NCBI GenBank assembly: GCA_016208535.1
Contig: JACQXW010000021.1
Span: forward strand, 1-39,267
Reading direction: 5' to 3'
Length of the DNA: 39,267 nt
Source of the DNA: Candidatus Terrybacteria bacterium
GTDB lineage: Bacteria > Patescibacteriota > Minisyncoccia > UBA9983
Under the pieces are notes generated by a model, which had not been told where the DNA came from, did no database searches, and worked only from the letters and a program-made list of their open reading frames with translations. Below, one piece after another: positions 16,041-25,207 of this stretch; the first letter of the stretch is position 1, and each line of letters starts with the position of its first letter. The translations under genes were made by a program, and so were the position numbers.

Positions 16041-17138
16041 ATGTTTAAAATACAAAGCCAATATAAAAAAGCGCGGACGGGCATTTTAAGGACGCCTCAC
16101 GGCAAAATCAAGACCCCGAATATGGCTTTTGTGGCCACCCATGGCAATATCCGGCTTTTGAGCGCCAAGGAACAGCGGTTGGCCGGGCCGGAATTGATAA
16201 TTGCCAATACCTTTCATCTTTGGGTAGGCAACAAAGTGTCAGAAATTAAAAAAGACGGCGGAATTCACAAATGGAGTAAATGGAAAGGGCCGATTATGAC
16301 TGACAGCGGCGGATTCCAGGTTTTTAGTCTGGGGTGGGGGAAAAAGCACGGGGTAAGTAAAATTCGAAGCACGAAGCACGAAATTCGAAACAATATCAAA
16401 ATTCAAAATCAGGTGAAAATTACAAATGACGGTGCGATTTTTAATTACGATGAAAAAAAATACGAATTGACTCCGGAAAAATCAATCCAACTTCAGCATG
16501 ACATCGACGCTGATATCATTTTTGCTTTTGATGAATGCACTTCGCCTTTGCACAATTATGCTTATAACCTTGAGTCGCTGAAGCGGACGCATAAGTGGGC
16601 GATTGAATCACTAAATGTAAAATGCAAAGTGCAAAATGCAAAACAATTATTATTCGGCATTGTGCAGGGCGGGGTTTATGAAAAATTAAGAAGGCAATCA
16701 TCTAAATTCATCGGCTCATTGCCTTTTGACGGCTTTGGCATTGGCGGCTCATTCGGAGAAAAACAGATGAGTAAAGTGATTGAGTGGGCATTGAGCGGCT
16801 TGCTAAAAGAAAAACCAAGGCATCTTTTGGGAATCGGCAAGATAAAAGATATTTTTTTGGCAGTGGAAAAGGGAATTGATTTGTTTGACTGCGCCATCCC
16901 CACGCGCGAGGCAAGGCACGGAATGATTTACACAAAACAAGGCAGGATAAATATCAAAAAATCCAGATTTGCAAAAGTATTCCAAAAAGATAAATCAAAG
17001 GCAGTGCGTTTGGCAACAATCCACAATATCAAATTTTACAAAGAACTTTTCTATAAAATCCGCAAGGCAATAAATAAGGGCGGGGGATTGAATAATCTAA
17101 AAAAAGAGTATAAAATTTATTTAAATGACAAAAGTTAA
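16041..17138 (+). CDS. tgt: queuine tRNA-ribosyltransferase (TGT) homolog
   Basis: ARTGILRTPHGKIKTP, TDSGGFQVFSL, LFGIVQGG, DLFDCAIPTR and TIHNIKFY blocks. It carries two repeat insertions and lacks the CxCxxC Zn segment. Confidence 0.85.
   Translation: MFKIQSQYKKARTGILRTPHGKIKTPNMAFVATHGNIRLLSAKEQRLAGPELIIANTFHLWVGNKVSEIKKDGGIHKWSKWKGPIMTDSGGFQVFSLGWGKKHGVSKIRSTKHEIRNNIKIQNQVKITNDGAIFNYDEKKYELTPEKSIQLQHDIDADIIFAFDECTSPLHNYAYNLESLKRTHKWAIESLNVKCKVQNAKQLLFGIVQGGVYEKLRRQSSKFIGSLPFDGFGIGGSFGEKQMSKVIEWALSGLLKEKPRHLLGIGKIKDIFLAVEKGIDLFDCAIPTREARHGMIYTKQGRINIKKSRFAKVFQKDKSKAVRLATIHNIKFYKELFYKIRKAINKGGGLNNLKKEYKIYLNDKS
16361..16409 (+). repeat. heptamer array aattcga agcacga agcacga aattcga aacaata tcaaaat tcaaaat inside tgt
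   Basis: The first 35 nt are 30/35 identical to the intergenic array at 6400-6434. Translated as IRSTKHEIRNNIKIQN. Confidence 0.85.
16613..16647 (+). repeat. heptamer array aaatgta aaatgca aagtgca aaatgca aaacaat inside tgt
   Basis: Five units. It shares the 12-mer aaatgtaaaatg with 23753-23764. Confidence 0.7.
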
Positions 17139-18345
17139 GAAGATTATTTTTAGCGCATTGGTTTTGGCGCTTTTGGTTGGAATTTTTATCGGCGGCGCGT
17201 TTTTTGGCTATGCCAATAGGCCGGAGATTGAGAAAGTCCGCATCCTTTTTAATAAAGAATCTGCAAAGCCGGCTGAAATAGATTTCTCGCCCTTTTGGAA
17301 GGCCTGGAATACCATTGAATCTAAATATGCCTCTAATGACGGTCGCAACAGCCAAGAAATGGTCTGGGGAGCGATTAAAGGGCTTGTGGGGTCTTTAGAT
17401 GACCCCTATTCGGTGTTTTTCCCGCCCCAGGAAGCAAAACAGTTCCAAGAGGATATGCAAGGCGATTTTGGGGGCGTGGGTATGGAAATAGGCATCCGCA
17501 AAGGCGTTTTAACTGTAATTTCTCCTCTCAAGGATACACCGGCTGAGAGAGCCGGGATTAAGGCTGGAGATAAAATTTTAAAAATAGACGACGAAATAAC
17601 ATCTGACATGAGTGTTGAGCAAGCCGTGCGTCTCATCAGGGGCGAAAAAGGCACTTCTGTAAAATTAACCATTTTTCATAAAGACGCGGAAAAACCTGTG
17701 GAAATTACAATTATAAGAGATATTATCCAGATTCCTGTCTTGGATACTGAAAAAAAACCAGAGGGAATCTTTATCATCAAAATGTATAATTTTTCCGGAA
17801 ATTCCACGAATATTTTTAGAAATACCCTGCGCGAATTTATTTTTTCCGGAAGCGATAAACTGATTCTTGATTTAAGAAACAACCCTGGGGGATATCTGGA
17901 ATCAGCAGTGGATATTGCCAGTTGGTTTCTGCCGGTCGGTAAAATTGTGGCGCGGGAAAAATTCAGCAGCGGCGAGGAAAAAGTATTCAGAAGCAAGGGA
18001 TATGACATTTTTGATTCGCCAGCTGGCGAATTGCCAATGGTTGTTTTGGTAAACGAGGGGAGCGCCTCGGCTTCGGAGATTCTGGCAGGCGCCCTGCAAG
18101 AGCATGGCGTGGCAAAATTAGTGGGGATAAAAACATTCGGCAAGGGTTCGGTGCAGGAACTGATTGAGATTACGCCTGACACATCTTTAAAACTTACCAT
18201 TGCCCGCTGGCTTACTCCGAATGGCAAGTCAATTTCCGAGCAAGGCCTGGAGCCGGATATTAAGATAGAAATTACTGATAAAGACATTGAGGCCAACCGC
18301 GACCCCCAAATGGAAAAGGCGATTGAAATTTTACGTAATCAGTAA
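17125..18345 (+). CDS. ctpA: carboxyl-terminal processing protease (peptidase S41) with PDZ domain
   Basis: 406 aa with an N-terminal TM helix, a PDZ region (GIKAGDKILKID) and the catalytic block NEGSASASEI. Confidence 0.9.
   Translation: MTKVKKIIFSALVLALLVGIFIGGAFFGYANRPEIEKVRILFNKESAKPAEIDFSPFWKAWNTIESKYASNDGRNSQEMVWGAIKGLVGSLDDPYSVFFPPQEAKQFQEDMQGDFGGVGMEIGIRKGVLTVISPLKDTPAERAGIKAGDKILKIDDEITSDMSVEQAVRLIRGEKGTSVKLTIFHKDAEKPVEITIIRDIIQIPVLDTEKKPEGIFIIKMYNFSGNSTNIFRNTLREFIFSGSDKLILDLRNNPGGYLESAVDIASWFLPVGKIVAREKFSSGEEKVFRSKGYDIFDSPAGELPMVVLVNEGSASASEILAGALQEHGVAKLVGIKTFGKGSVQELIEITPDTSLKLTIARWLTPNGKSISEQGLEPDIKIEITDKDIEANRDPQMEKAIEILRNQ
18014..18031. repeat. perfect 18-nt palindrome attcgccagctggcgaat inside ctpA
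   Basis: Self-complementary. It shares the core cgccagctggcg with 2752-2767. Encodes DSPAGE. Confidence 0.7.
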
Positions 18346-18367
18346 CGAGTAACGCGTAACAAGTAAT
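18335..18367 (+). repeat. heptamer array gtaatca gtaacga gtaacgc gtaacaa gtaat, running from the ctpA stop to the rplI ATG
   Basis: GTAAnnn units. The stop at 18343-18345 lies in unit 2, and the array abuts ATG 18368 (gtaatATG, as at 12109-12116). Confidence 0.85.
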
Positions 18368-18790
18368 ATGAAGATAATTTTATTACAAGATGTGCCGAAT
18401 GCGGGCAGAAAATATGAAATAAAGAACGTGAGCGACGGGTATGCGAGAAATTTCCTTTTTCCGAGAAAATTGGCTGAGATTGCCGCCCCAAAATCCATTC
18501 AGGCCATGGAAATAAAAAGAAAACAACTGGAACAGAAAAAACAGATTCAACAGGACCTTTTTGAGAAAAATCTTGAATCTTTAAATGGCGCGAAAGTTGT
18601 CATCAAAGAAAAAACCAATGAAAAAGGCCACCTTTTTGCCGCCATCCATCCCAAGGAAATAAGCAGGGCCATAAAAGAACAGCATCATATTGATATTCCG
18701 CCGGAAATGATAGAATTAGACAAGCCGATAAAAGAAAAGGGGGAGTATAAAATCAAAATTAAAGATAGAGAATTTAAAGTAATTGTATGA
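18368..18790 (+). CDS. rplI: 50S ribosomal protein L9
   Basis: 140 aa; MKIILLQDV...G....VSDGYARNFLFPRKLA. Confidence 0.95.
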   Translation: MKIILLQDVPNAGRKYEIKNVSDGYARNFLFPRKLAEIAAPKSIQAMEIKRKQLEQKKQIQQDLFEKNLESLNGAKVVIKEKTNEKGHLFAAIHPKEISRAIKEQHHIDIPPEMIELDKPIKEKGEYKIKIKDREFKVIV

Positions 18791-20430
18791 CCAAATATAT
18801 TTTTGTAGTCGGAGGCGTGATATCAGGAGTGGGAAAGGGGATTGCCACATCTTCCATTGCCAAAATTCTTCAGGATTACGATTATAAAGTGACAACCATA
18901 AAAATTGATCCCTACGTCAACATTGATGCCGGCACCATGAATCCAATTGAGCACGGCGAAGTTTTTGTGACTGATGACGGCCTGGAAAGCGACCAGGACC
19001 TCGGAAATTATGAACGCTTTCTGAATGAGGATATGCATAGAATAAATTATATGACCACCGGCATGGTTTATGAATCAGTTATTCACAAGGAGCGTAATCT
19101 GGAATATAAAGGAAAATGTGTGGAGGTTGTGCCGCACATTCCAGAAGAAATTATCCACAGGATTGAAACCTGCGCCAAAAAAACAAAGGCTGATTTTGTG
19201 CTGATTGAGATAGGCGGAACAGTGGGTGAATATCAAAATCTTCTTTTTCTTGAGGCAGGCAGAATGATGAAATTAAAATATCCTGAAAAGGTTATTTTCA
19301 TAATGGTCAGTTATCTTCCCATTCCTGATAAAATAGGGGAGATGAAGACAAAGCCGACCCAACATGCTGTGCGCACCCTTAATTCTTCTGGCATCCAGCC
19401 CGAGATTATCATTGCCAGAGCGCGCGTACCGCTTGATAAACCAAGAAAAACAAAAATCGCCATTTTTTGCAACATCAAAGAAGAAGATGTTATTTCTGCG
19501 CCAGACATCCAGAGTATTTATGAGGTGCCTGTAAATTTTGAAAAAGACGGATTGGGCGAGAGAATCATTAAAAATTTCGGCCTAAAGGCGAGAAAAAACA
19601 AAGTAAGGGCAAAAAAATGGGAGGAGATGGTAAAAAATATAAGAAATATAGAAAAACCATCAAATAAAAAAGTGCTTAAAATTGCGACGATAGGAAAATA
19701 TTTTACAACCGGAGATTTTATTTTAAGCGATTCTTATATTTCAGTGATTGAGGCAATCAAACATGCGGCTTGGCAGGCAGGATACAGGCCAGTGATAAAT
19801 TGGATTGACTCTGAAATTTATGAGAAAAATCCTAAAAAATTGAATGAACTTTTAAATTATAACGGCATTATTGTGCCGGGCGGATTTGGGATGCGGGGCG
19901 TGGAAGGAAAAATCAAGGCCATTCAGTTTAGCCGGGAAAATAATATTCCTTATTTTGGCCTTTGTTACGGCATGCAATTGGCTGTGATTGAGGTGGCGCG
20001 GCATTTAGCGGGAATGAAAAACGCAAATACAACTGAAATTAATCCTGATACTCCTTTTCCAGTAATTGATCTGGCAGAGGACCAAAAAGAAAATATTAAA
20101 AACAGCCGATACGGCGGGTCAATGCGGCTTGGTTCTTTTCCTTGCGAAATTAAAAAAGAGTCTGTGAGCTTCAGGGCATACAAAGAAAAAACCGTACTTG
20201 AACGGCACAGGCATAGATACGAATTAAACAACGATTTTAAAGATAAACTGGAAAAAGCCGGTTTGATGATGGCGGGCGTAAATCGGGAGCGCAATTTAGT
20301 GGAGATTGTGGAATTTAAAAATCACCCCTTTTTTGTGGGCGTGCAATTTCATCCAGAATTTAAATCGCGGCCCCTTCAGCCGCACCCTTTATTTAAAGAG
20401 TTTATTAGAGCCTGTCTTACAGCACGCTGA
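18787..20430 (+). CDS. pyrG: CTP synthase
   Basis: 547 aa; [17 protein letters not shown], a GATase domain with GLCYGMQ, and the HPEF block. Confidence 0.97.
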   Translation: MTKYIFVVGGVISGVGKGIATSSIAKILQDYDYKVTTIKIDPYVNIDAGTMNPIEHGEVFVTDDGLESDQDLGNYERFLNEDMHRINYMTTGMVYESVIHKERNLEYKGKCVEVVPHIPEEIIHRIETCAKKTKADFVLIEIGGTVGEYQNLLFLEAGRMMKLKYPEKVIFIMVSYLPIPDKIGEMKTKPTQHAVRTLNSSGIQPEIIIARARVPLDKPRKTKIAIFCNIKEEDVISAPDIQSIYEVPVNFEKDGLGERIIKNFGLKARKNKVRAKKWEEMVKNIRNIEKPSNKKVLKIATIGKYFTTGDFILSDSYISVIEAIKHAAWQAGYRPVINWIDSEIYEKNPKKLNELLNYNGIIVPGGFGMRGVEGKIKAIQFSRENNIPYFGLCYGMQLAVIEVARHLAGMKNANTTEINPDTPFPVIDLAEDQKENIKNSRYGGSMRLGSFPCEIKKESVSFRAYKEKTVLERHRHRYELNNDFKDKLEKAGLMMAGVNRERNLVEIVEFKNHPFFVGVQFHPEFKSRPLQPHPLFKEFIRACLTAR

Positions 20431-20689
20431 CAATTTTATATTTTTTAGTCCGGCTATCATACCTCATTTTCCGTTTTTCGCTGAAATCAACAATACCTTC
20501 TTTTAAGGCAAAAAGGGTGTGGTCTTTGCCGATACCGACATTTTTACCAGCCAGAATTTTTGTTCCGCGCTGGCGCGCCAAAACAGAGCCGGCTTTTGCT
20601 TTCTGGCCGTCAAATAATTTAATCCCCAGGTATTTTGGCTGGGAATCGCGTAAATTTTTAGCTGTACCTGTAGCTTTTCTATGAGCCAT
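20417..20689 (-). CDS. rpmA: 50S ribosomal protein L27
   Basis: 90 aa; [24 protein letters not shown]...[19 protein letters not shown]. Confidence 0.9.
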   Translation of the reverse strand: MAHRKATGTAKNLRDSQPKYLGIKLFDGQKAKAGSVLARQRGTKILAGKNVGIGKDHTLFALKEGIVDFSEKRKMRYDSRTKKYKIVSVL

Positions 20690-21052
20690 ATTGGAAATAT
20701 ATTAGCAAAAATTAAAAACTTTCGCAATACTTACGAAAAAGATTTTATTATTGTCATAGTCATCGTGACGATGGCTTTTATCAGTTTTGGATTAGGCCGG
20801 CTGTCAAAAATAAAAGAAAATAAAATACCAATTACCATAGAAAATATTGGCGCATCTGCAACAGAAACCGGGCTTCAAGAAAATACCATTTCAGGCGCCG
20901 TTGTTGCTTCAAAAAACGGCACAAAATACCATTATCCATGGTGTTCAGGCGCCCAAAGCATAAAAGAAGAAAACAAAATCTGGTTCTCCTCAATCGAAGA
21001 GGCGCGCAAAGCCGGCTACACCCCGGCCTCTAACTGCAGGGGGCTGAAATAA
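20681..21052 (+). CDS. membrane-anchored protein with a C-terminal Ada-type metal-binding-like motif
   Basis: 123 aa with a TM helix, then [37 protein letters not shown]. Its start overlaps the rpmA start divergently. Confidence 0.5.
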   Translation: MSHIGNILAKIKNFRNTYEKDFIIVIVIVTMAFISFGLGRLSKIKENKIPITIENIGASATETGLQENTISGAVVASKNGTKYHYPWCSGAQSIKEENKIWFSSIEEARKAGYTPASNCRGLK

Positions 21053-21054
21053 AA

Positions 21055-22122
21055 TTATTTTTCTATCTTTTTTCTCAAGGCGGTTAGAATGGTAAATTGT
21101 TTTTTTATTATAAAATTATCAATTTTTTCTTTTAAAAATTCCTTGATTTTTTTTATATCGTAAGAGATTTTTTCTTGCATCTTGCGGGTGAGATATCCCT
21201 CTGCGCCGAAAACCCTTTCCACTTTTTGCTCATCCATAAAGCCGTAAATAAGCGTCTTTAATTCGTCTAAGCGGTCATTATTTTTATCATTCTGGTCTTT
21301 TAACTCAAAATACTCTTTAATAACCGGCTCAATATCTTTTTGAGATTTAAAATTTGAGATTTGAGATTGATAAAGGTGTTTCCACATCGGACACATCTGC
21401 TTATAGCCGCACCAATCGCAAAGCCCTGAGGGCAAGGGCGGAAAATCATAATTATTTTTTATCCTTTCTTTAATTTCATCAATAGTCTTGAAAATAAATT
21501 TTTTATTTTCTTCCAACTGGTTCTTGTTGCGCGAGGTGGAAATTTTTTCTCCGTGCTTGAGATAGTAAAAACTCAGTTTTATTTTTCCGGGATCTAGATG
21601 CGGCCAGCGCCTGAGTAAGCCAAGGTGGTAAATAGACATCTGCAAATCTTTGTCAATATTATCCTGGCCAGGCATCTTGCGCGCCGTTTTATAATCAATT
21701 ATTTCATAGGCATCGTCATTTTTGTCAATGCGGTCAATAATGCCGGCCAGAACGTGTTTTTCGCCGGTTTTCGGGTTATCTAAATCAACTTCAAAGCGCG
21801 ATTCCAGATCAACCACATTGAAATTCCAGGGTTGATTGCGCTTATAAAATCTTTCCAGTAAAGAAATTCCTTCTTTAAAATAAACATCCTCGTTTTTGAT
21901 TAAAGTTTTTTGCTGGTCCCATAAATTACGGAAAAAGTCAATGATTTGGTTCAAGGTGGGGTAGAGAGGCTTGCGTTCAAACATATATTTGAGCGTCGAA
22001 TGGATAGAGGCGCCAAAAATCTGCTCTATATTTTTTGGAGCGCGTATTCTATCTATGTCTTGAAGTTTGTATTTAAGCGGACACGTTTTAAAAGTGTCCA
22101 AACTGGAATAAGAGATACGCAT
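21055..22122 (-). CDS. PD-(D/E)XK nuclease family protein (RecB/AddB/Cas4-like, with Cys cluster)
   Basis: 355 aa. N-terminal Cys (FKTCPLKY), GIIDRID...EIIDYKT (D...ExK) and C-terminal CDWCGYKQMC. Confidence 0.75.
   Translation of the reverse strand: MRISYSSLDTFKTCPLKYKLQDIDRIRAPKNIEQIFGASIHSTLKYMFERKPLYPTLNQIIDFFRNLWDQQKTLIKNEDVYFKEGISLLERFYKRNQPWNFNVVDLESRFEVDLDNPKTGEKHVLAGIIDRIDKNDDAYEIIDYKTARKMPGQDNIDKDLQMSIYHLGLLRRWPHLDPGKIKLSFYYLKHGEKISTSRNKNQLEENKKFIFKTIDEIKERIKNNYDFPPLPSGLCDWCGYKQMCPMWKHLYQSQISNFKSQKDIEPVIKEYFELKDQNDKNNDRLDELKTLIYGFMDEQKVERVFGAEGYLTRKMQEKISYDIKKIKEFLKEKIDNFIIKKQFTILTALRKKIEK
21338..21372. repeat. heptamer array tttgaga tttaaaa tttgaga tttgaga ttgataa inside the nuclease gene
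   Basis: Five units. On the coding strand it encodes YQSQISNFKSQ. Confidence 0.6.
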
Positions 22123-22194
22123 AGTTTAGTTAGGGTAGTAATTAATAGGACGACGCACAATATACCTTCCCGGCATACTATTATAATTTATTAT

Positions 22195-22503
22195 TTATTG
22201 GCTGGGAACTGCCTCAGGCGCATTCTCTATCATTTCAGGAGATTTTCCTTGCCTTATTCTGTCCATATTTTCTATAAAAGAATTCCAGAGTAAATCTATA
22301 AAAATATTATTCCAGAGATATTTGACAGGTCCGAGAAGATAAGTTTCCCAGACGTATTTTACTCCTCCCCAAACATAATTGAAATTATTTTTAAAGAGAT
22401 CGCTCTCAAAAAGCGATCTTATATTAATCCCAAAATAACTGAGAACAATTAATAAAATAATTATTAAAATAATAAATTTTATAAAACCGCTTTGGTTCGC
22501 CAT
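22195..22503 (-). CDS. hypothetical small membrane protein
   Basis: 102 aa with one strong N-terminal TM helix and a Trp-rich tail. I recognise no family. Confidence 0.5.
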   Translation of the reverse strand: MANQSGFIKFIILIIILLIVLSYFGINIRSLFESDLFKNNFNYVWGGVKYVWETYLLGPVKYLWNNIFIDLLWNSFIENMDRIRQGKSPEMIENAPEAVPSQ

Positions 22504-22529
22504 ATATTTTTTAAAATTTTACCAATAAT

Positions 22530-23828
22530 TTATAAATATGACAAGGGATTCAAATAGCCGTTATATGAAGCTACTGGCAGACGCATTATTGTCCCGCAAA
22601 TCTTGCTCTGAATTTGGCCAATCTCCACCCCTTTTGTGGCGAAAACAGCGAAATGCAGATGCGGACCTGTGGTATATCCCGTATCTCCACTATAACCTAT
22701 AATTTGTCCTACCTCAACATCCTGGCCAGTTGAAACTTTTATCAAGGAAAGATGGCTATAGAGCGTGGAAAGATTATTGGGATGGTCAATGAGGATCCAT
22801 TTGCCATAGGAAACCCCTTTGCAAGATTCATCAGTGTTTCCAATGGCCCTTACTGTGCCTGTTTGGCTTGATTTAATAGTAGTGCCCGGAGTGGCTCTGA
22901 AATCTACTCCATTATGCCCTTTGCCGTTATAAACTTGAGGGTTTTGAGTGGCAAAAGAGGTATTCCCAAAATACTGAGTTATTTTTATGCTGTCAAGAGG
23001 CCATTTTAATACGCCAGAGCCGGCCGGGGGTAAAGAGGCTGGATCTATGATAATCCTGATTTGCTCTTCAAATTCTTTAATCTCTTCCTCAAGGGCCTGT
23101 TGTTTTGCCAATCGCTCAGCCAGAAGTTTTTTATAAACAGACTCTTTGTTTTTTGTTTCCTGAAGAAGTTTGTCTTTGTTTTTCTTGTTCAAATCGGCTA
23201 ATTGTTTTTGGTCAGTCAATTTGAATTTTAATTGCTCCAGACTGTTTTTCTTTTCTTCTTTATTTGATTTTTCTTCCTCAAGCAATTCTTTTAATTCTTT
23301 CAATTCCTCCAGATTAAGATTTATTTCTCTTTGAAAATTTTTCAAATGCTGGATATCGCTGAAAAAATCGGAAAATTTATTTTGTGATAAAATAATCTCG
23401 GTAAGCGAAACTGATTCCGCATCATTGATGTTTCTAATAATTTCTCCAAGCGCACCCAATCTTTTCTTAATATCATTTTCTTTTTCTTCGATTTCCAAGA
23501 TAATTTTTTCAATGGTATATTCGGTTGATTCTATTTGTTTCTGTGTTAGAGATATATCAGCAATCAGTTTTTTCTTTATGGTTTCCAATTTTTTAATTTC
23601 ATTCTTGAGAGTGGATGCCTGTTGAGCATTTTTTTCAATTTCTTCTTGGTATTGGTCGATTTCTTTCTGAATCTCTTCCATTTGTCTGCTGCGTTCCTCT
23701 ATTCTTGCTTTTAATTCGTCTATGGTTGAGGCAGAGACGTTTATTGAATATAAAATGTAAAATGTAAAAATCAAAATTACAATCCAAAATACAAAATTAT
23801 TTTTAAATTTTAAATTATCATTTTGCAT
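22530..23828 (-). CDS. M23 family metallopeptidase with a long coiled coil (EnvC-like architecture)
   Basis: 432 aa with an N-terminal TM/signal segment, about 250 aa of K/E-rich coiled coil, and a C-terminal HNGVDF...GPHLHF LytM domain. Confidence 0.85.
   Translation of the reverse strand: MQNDNLKFKNNFVFWIVILIFTFYILYSINVSASTIDELKARIEERSRQMEEIQKEIDQYQEEIEKNAQQASTLKNEIKKLETIKKKLIADISLTQKQIESTEYTIEKIILEIEEKENDIKKRLGALGEIIRNINDAESVSLTEIILSQNKFSDFFSDIQHLKNFQREINLNLEELKELKELLEEEKSNKEEKKNSLEQLKFKLTDQKQLADLNKKNKDKLLQETKNKESVYKKLLAERLAKQQALEEEIKEFEEQIRIIIDPASLPPAGSGVLKWPLDSIKITQYFGNTSFATQNPQVYNGKGHNGVDFRATPGTTIKSSQTGTVRAIGNTDESCKGVSYGKWILIDHPNNLSTLYSHLSLIKVSTGQDVEVGQIIGYSGDTGYTTGPHLHFAVFATKGVEIGQIQSKICGTIMRLPVASYNGYLNPLSYL
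23750..23826. repeat. 11-unit heptamer array with dyad symmetry covering the 5' end of the M23 gene
   Basis: ataaaat gtaaaat gtaaaaa tcaaaat tacaatc caaaata caaaatt | attttta aatttta aattatc attttgc. The reverse strand encodes MQNDNLKFKNNFVFWIVILIFTFYIL. Confidence 0.7.
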
Positions 23829-23830
23829 TT

Positions 23831-25132
23831 TTATTTTTGAATTTTTAATTTGGCGATTTTTAATCGCCTTAGAGTTTCTTCTTTACCGAGAATTTCGGCA
23901 ATTATAAAAGGATTTGGTGATTTCTCTAAACCAGTCAAGGCCACTCGGAACGACCATAACACATCGCCTCGACCTTGTTCTTCCGCATATTTCCAGATCG
24001 CCTCTTTTATTTTTTCTTTATTAAAATCGCTCTCTTGAATGTCGCACAATATTTTAGAGAGATGTTCCAAATGGGCGGCAATTTTTTCTTCAGTGGAATC
24101 TCTCCATATCAGTAATTCTTTTTTATACTCCGGCTCTTCAAAAAAATAATCAATACCCTCCCCTACCTCAGATAATTTATTTATTCTCTCTTGTTGTAAT
24201 TTTATAACATCATTAATTTTGAGTTTTGAGTTTTGAGTTTTGAGTTTTTTAATATACGGCTCACATAATTCTGCCAATTCATCAATATCTTTTTTTTTAA
24301 TATATTCCTTACTCATCCAATTAAGGCGTTGAATGTTAAAAATCGCTCCAGCTCTTTGAACTTTTTCCAAAGAAAAATCTTTTATCAACTCATTCAAGTT
24401 TAAAATTTCTCTTTCGTCTCCAGGATTCCAGCCGATAAAAGCAATAAAATTTATAATCGCCTCTGGCAGATAGCCCTCCTGGCGATATTCACTAACAGAA
24501 ACCGCACCGTGCCTTTTAGATAATTTTGACCGGTCCGGCCCCAGAATCAGCGGAATATGAGCGTAAATGGGCCTAGGAGCCTTGATCGCCTCCTGAATGA
24601 GGATTTGCCTAGGAGTGTTGGAAATGCCGTCCTCTCCGCGAATTATATGACTTATTTTCATTTCAAAATCATCCACCACCACAGCCAGATGGTATAAGGG
24701 GCTTTCCTCGTCTTTGGCAATGACAAAATCGCCCAACTCAGCAGTGTCAAACTCAATCTCTCCCCTTATTAAATCTTCAAAAACAATTTTTCGTCCAGGA
24801 TTTCTGAATCTTATCACTGATTCTCTTTGGCCCCTTGTCTCTTTAGAAACATAGGCCTTATCTTCCTCTATCAGTTTTTTAAGATATTTTTTATAAATTT
24901 CCTTGCGGTCGCTTTGACGGTAAAATTCGTCCCATTCCAGACCAAGCCATTTTAAACCATTTGTAATATCGTCTTCATATTCTTTTTTTGACCTGGCTGG
25001 ATCAGTGTCCTCAATGCGCAAAATAAATTTGCCCTTGTTTTGCCTGGCAAACAAAAAATTAAAAAGCGCTGTCCTCGCCCCGCCCAAATGCAGCACTCCT
25101 GTCGGACTCGGCGCAAAACGTGTAATTATCAT
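23831..25132 (-). CDS. gltX: glutamyl-tRNA synthetase
   Basis: 433 aa; RFAPSPTGVLHLGGARTALFN (HIGH region) and KLSKRHG (KMSKS). Confidence 0.95.
   Translation of the reverse strand: MIITRFAPSPTGVLHLGGARTALFNFLFARQNKGKFILRIEDTDPARSKKEYEDDITNGLKWLGLEWDEFYRQSDRKEIYKKYLKKLIEEDKAYVSKETRGQRESVIRFRNPGRKIVFEDLIRGEIEFDTAELGDFVIAKDEESPLYHLAVVVDDFEMKISHIIRGEDGISNTPRQILIQEAIKAPRPIYAHIPLILGPDRSKLSKRHGAVSVSEYRQEGYLPEAIINFIAFIGWNPGDEREILNLNELIKDFSLEKVQRAGAIFNIQRLNWMSKEYIKKKDIDELAELCEPYIKKLKTQNSKLKINDVIKLQQERINKLSEVGEGIDYFFEEPEYKKELLIWRDSTEEKIAAHLEHLSKILCDIQESDFNKEKIKEAIWKYAEEQGRGDVLWSFRVALTGLEKSPNPFIIAEILGKEETLRRLKIAKLKIQK
24216..24250. repeat. heptamer array attttga gttttga gttttga gttttga gtttttt inside gltX
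   Basis: Five units (35 nt). The coding strand encodes KKLKTQNSKLKIN. Confidence 0.8.
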
Positions 25133-25184
25133 TAATATTATTTTAACATATTTGCTTAATTTTTAAGAAACCCTTGACCCAAAC

Positions 25185-25207
25185 TGACCCAAACCAGGTT
25201 TAGGTCA
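25185..25207. repeat. REP-like imperfect palindrome tgacccaaaccaggtttaggtca (left end; contains the transposase stop codon)
   Basis: 11-bp stem with one G-T position. It is preceded by a partial duplicate, ttgacccaaac (25174-25184). Confidence 0.8.

Noticed and set aside
17676-18296. 206-aa ORF on the minus strand, plus similar long antisense ORFs at 36907-37422, 14607-15101, 38573-39040, 26253-26651 and 11322-11630
   Set aside because: Each lies entirely antisense to, or out of frame within, a strongly recognisable conserved gene (ctpA, clpB, cysS, htrA, dnaB, ftsW). Their composition is low-complexity and Ser/Pro/Arg-rich with no recognisable motifs. They are shadow ORFs.
20681-20689. Divergently overlapping start codons of the Ada-like ORF and rpmA (ATGAGCCAT read on both strands)
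   Set aside because: The overlap is real in the sequence but probably incidental. The start of the plus-strand ORF is uncertain, and nothing further supports a regulatory role.
22900-23700. Periodicity in the M23 peptidase coiled-coil region as another heptamer array
   Set aside because: This is protein-level heptad/K-E-rich repetition (a 21-nt scale) with no 7-nt DNA unit. It is ordinary coiled-coil coding sequence.
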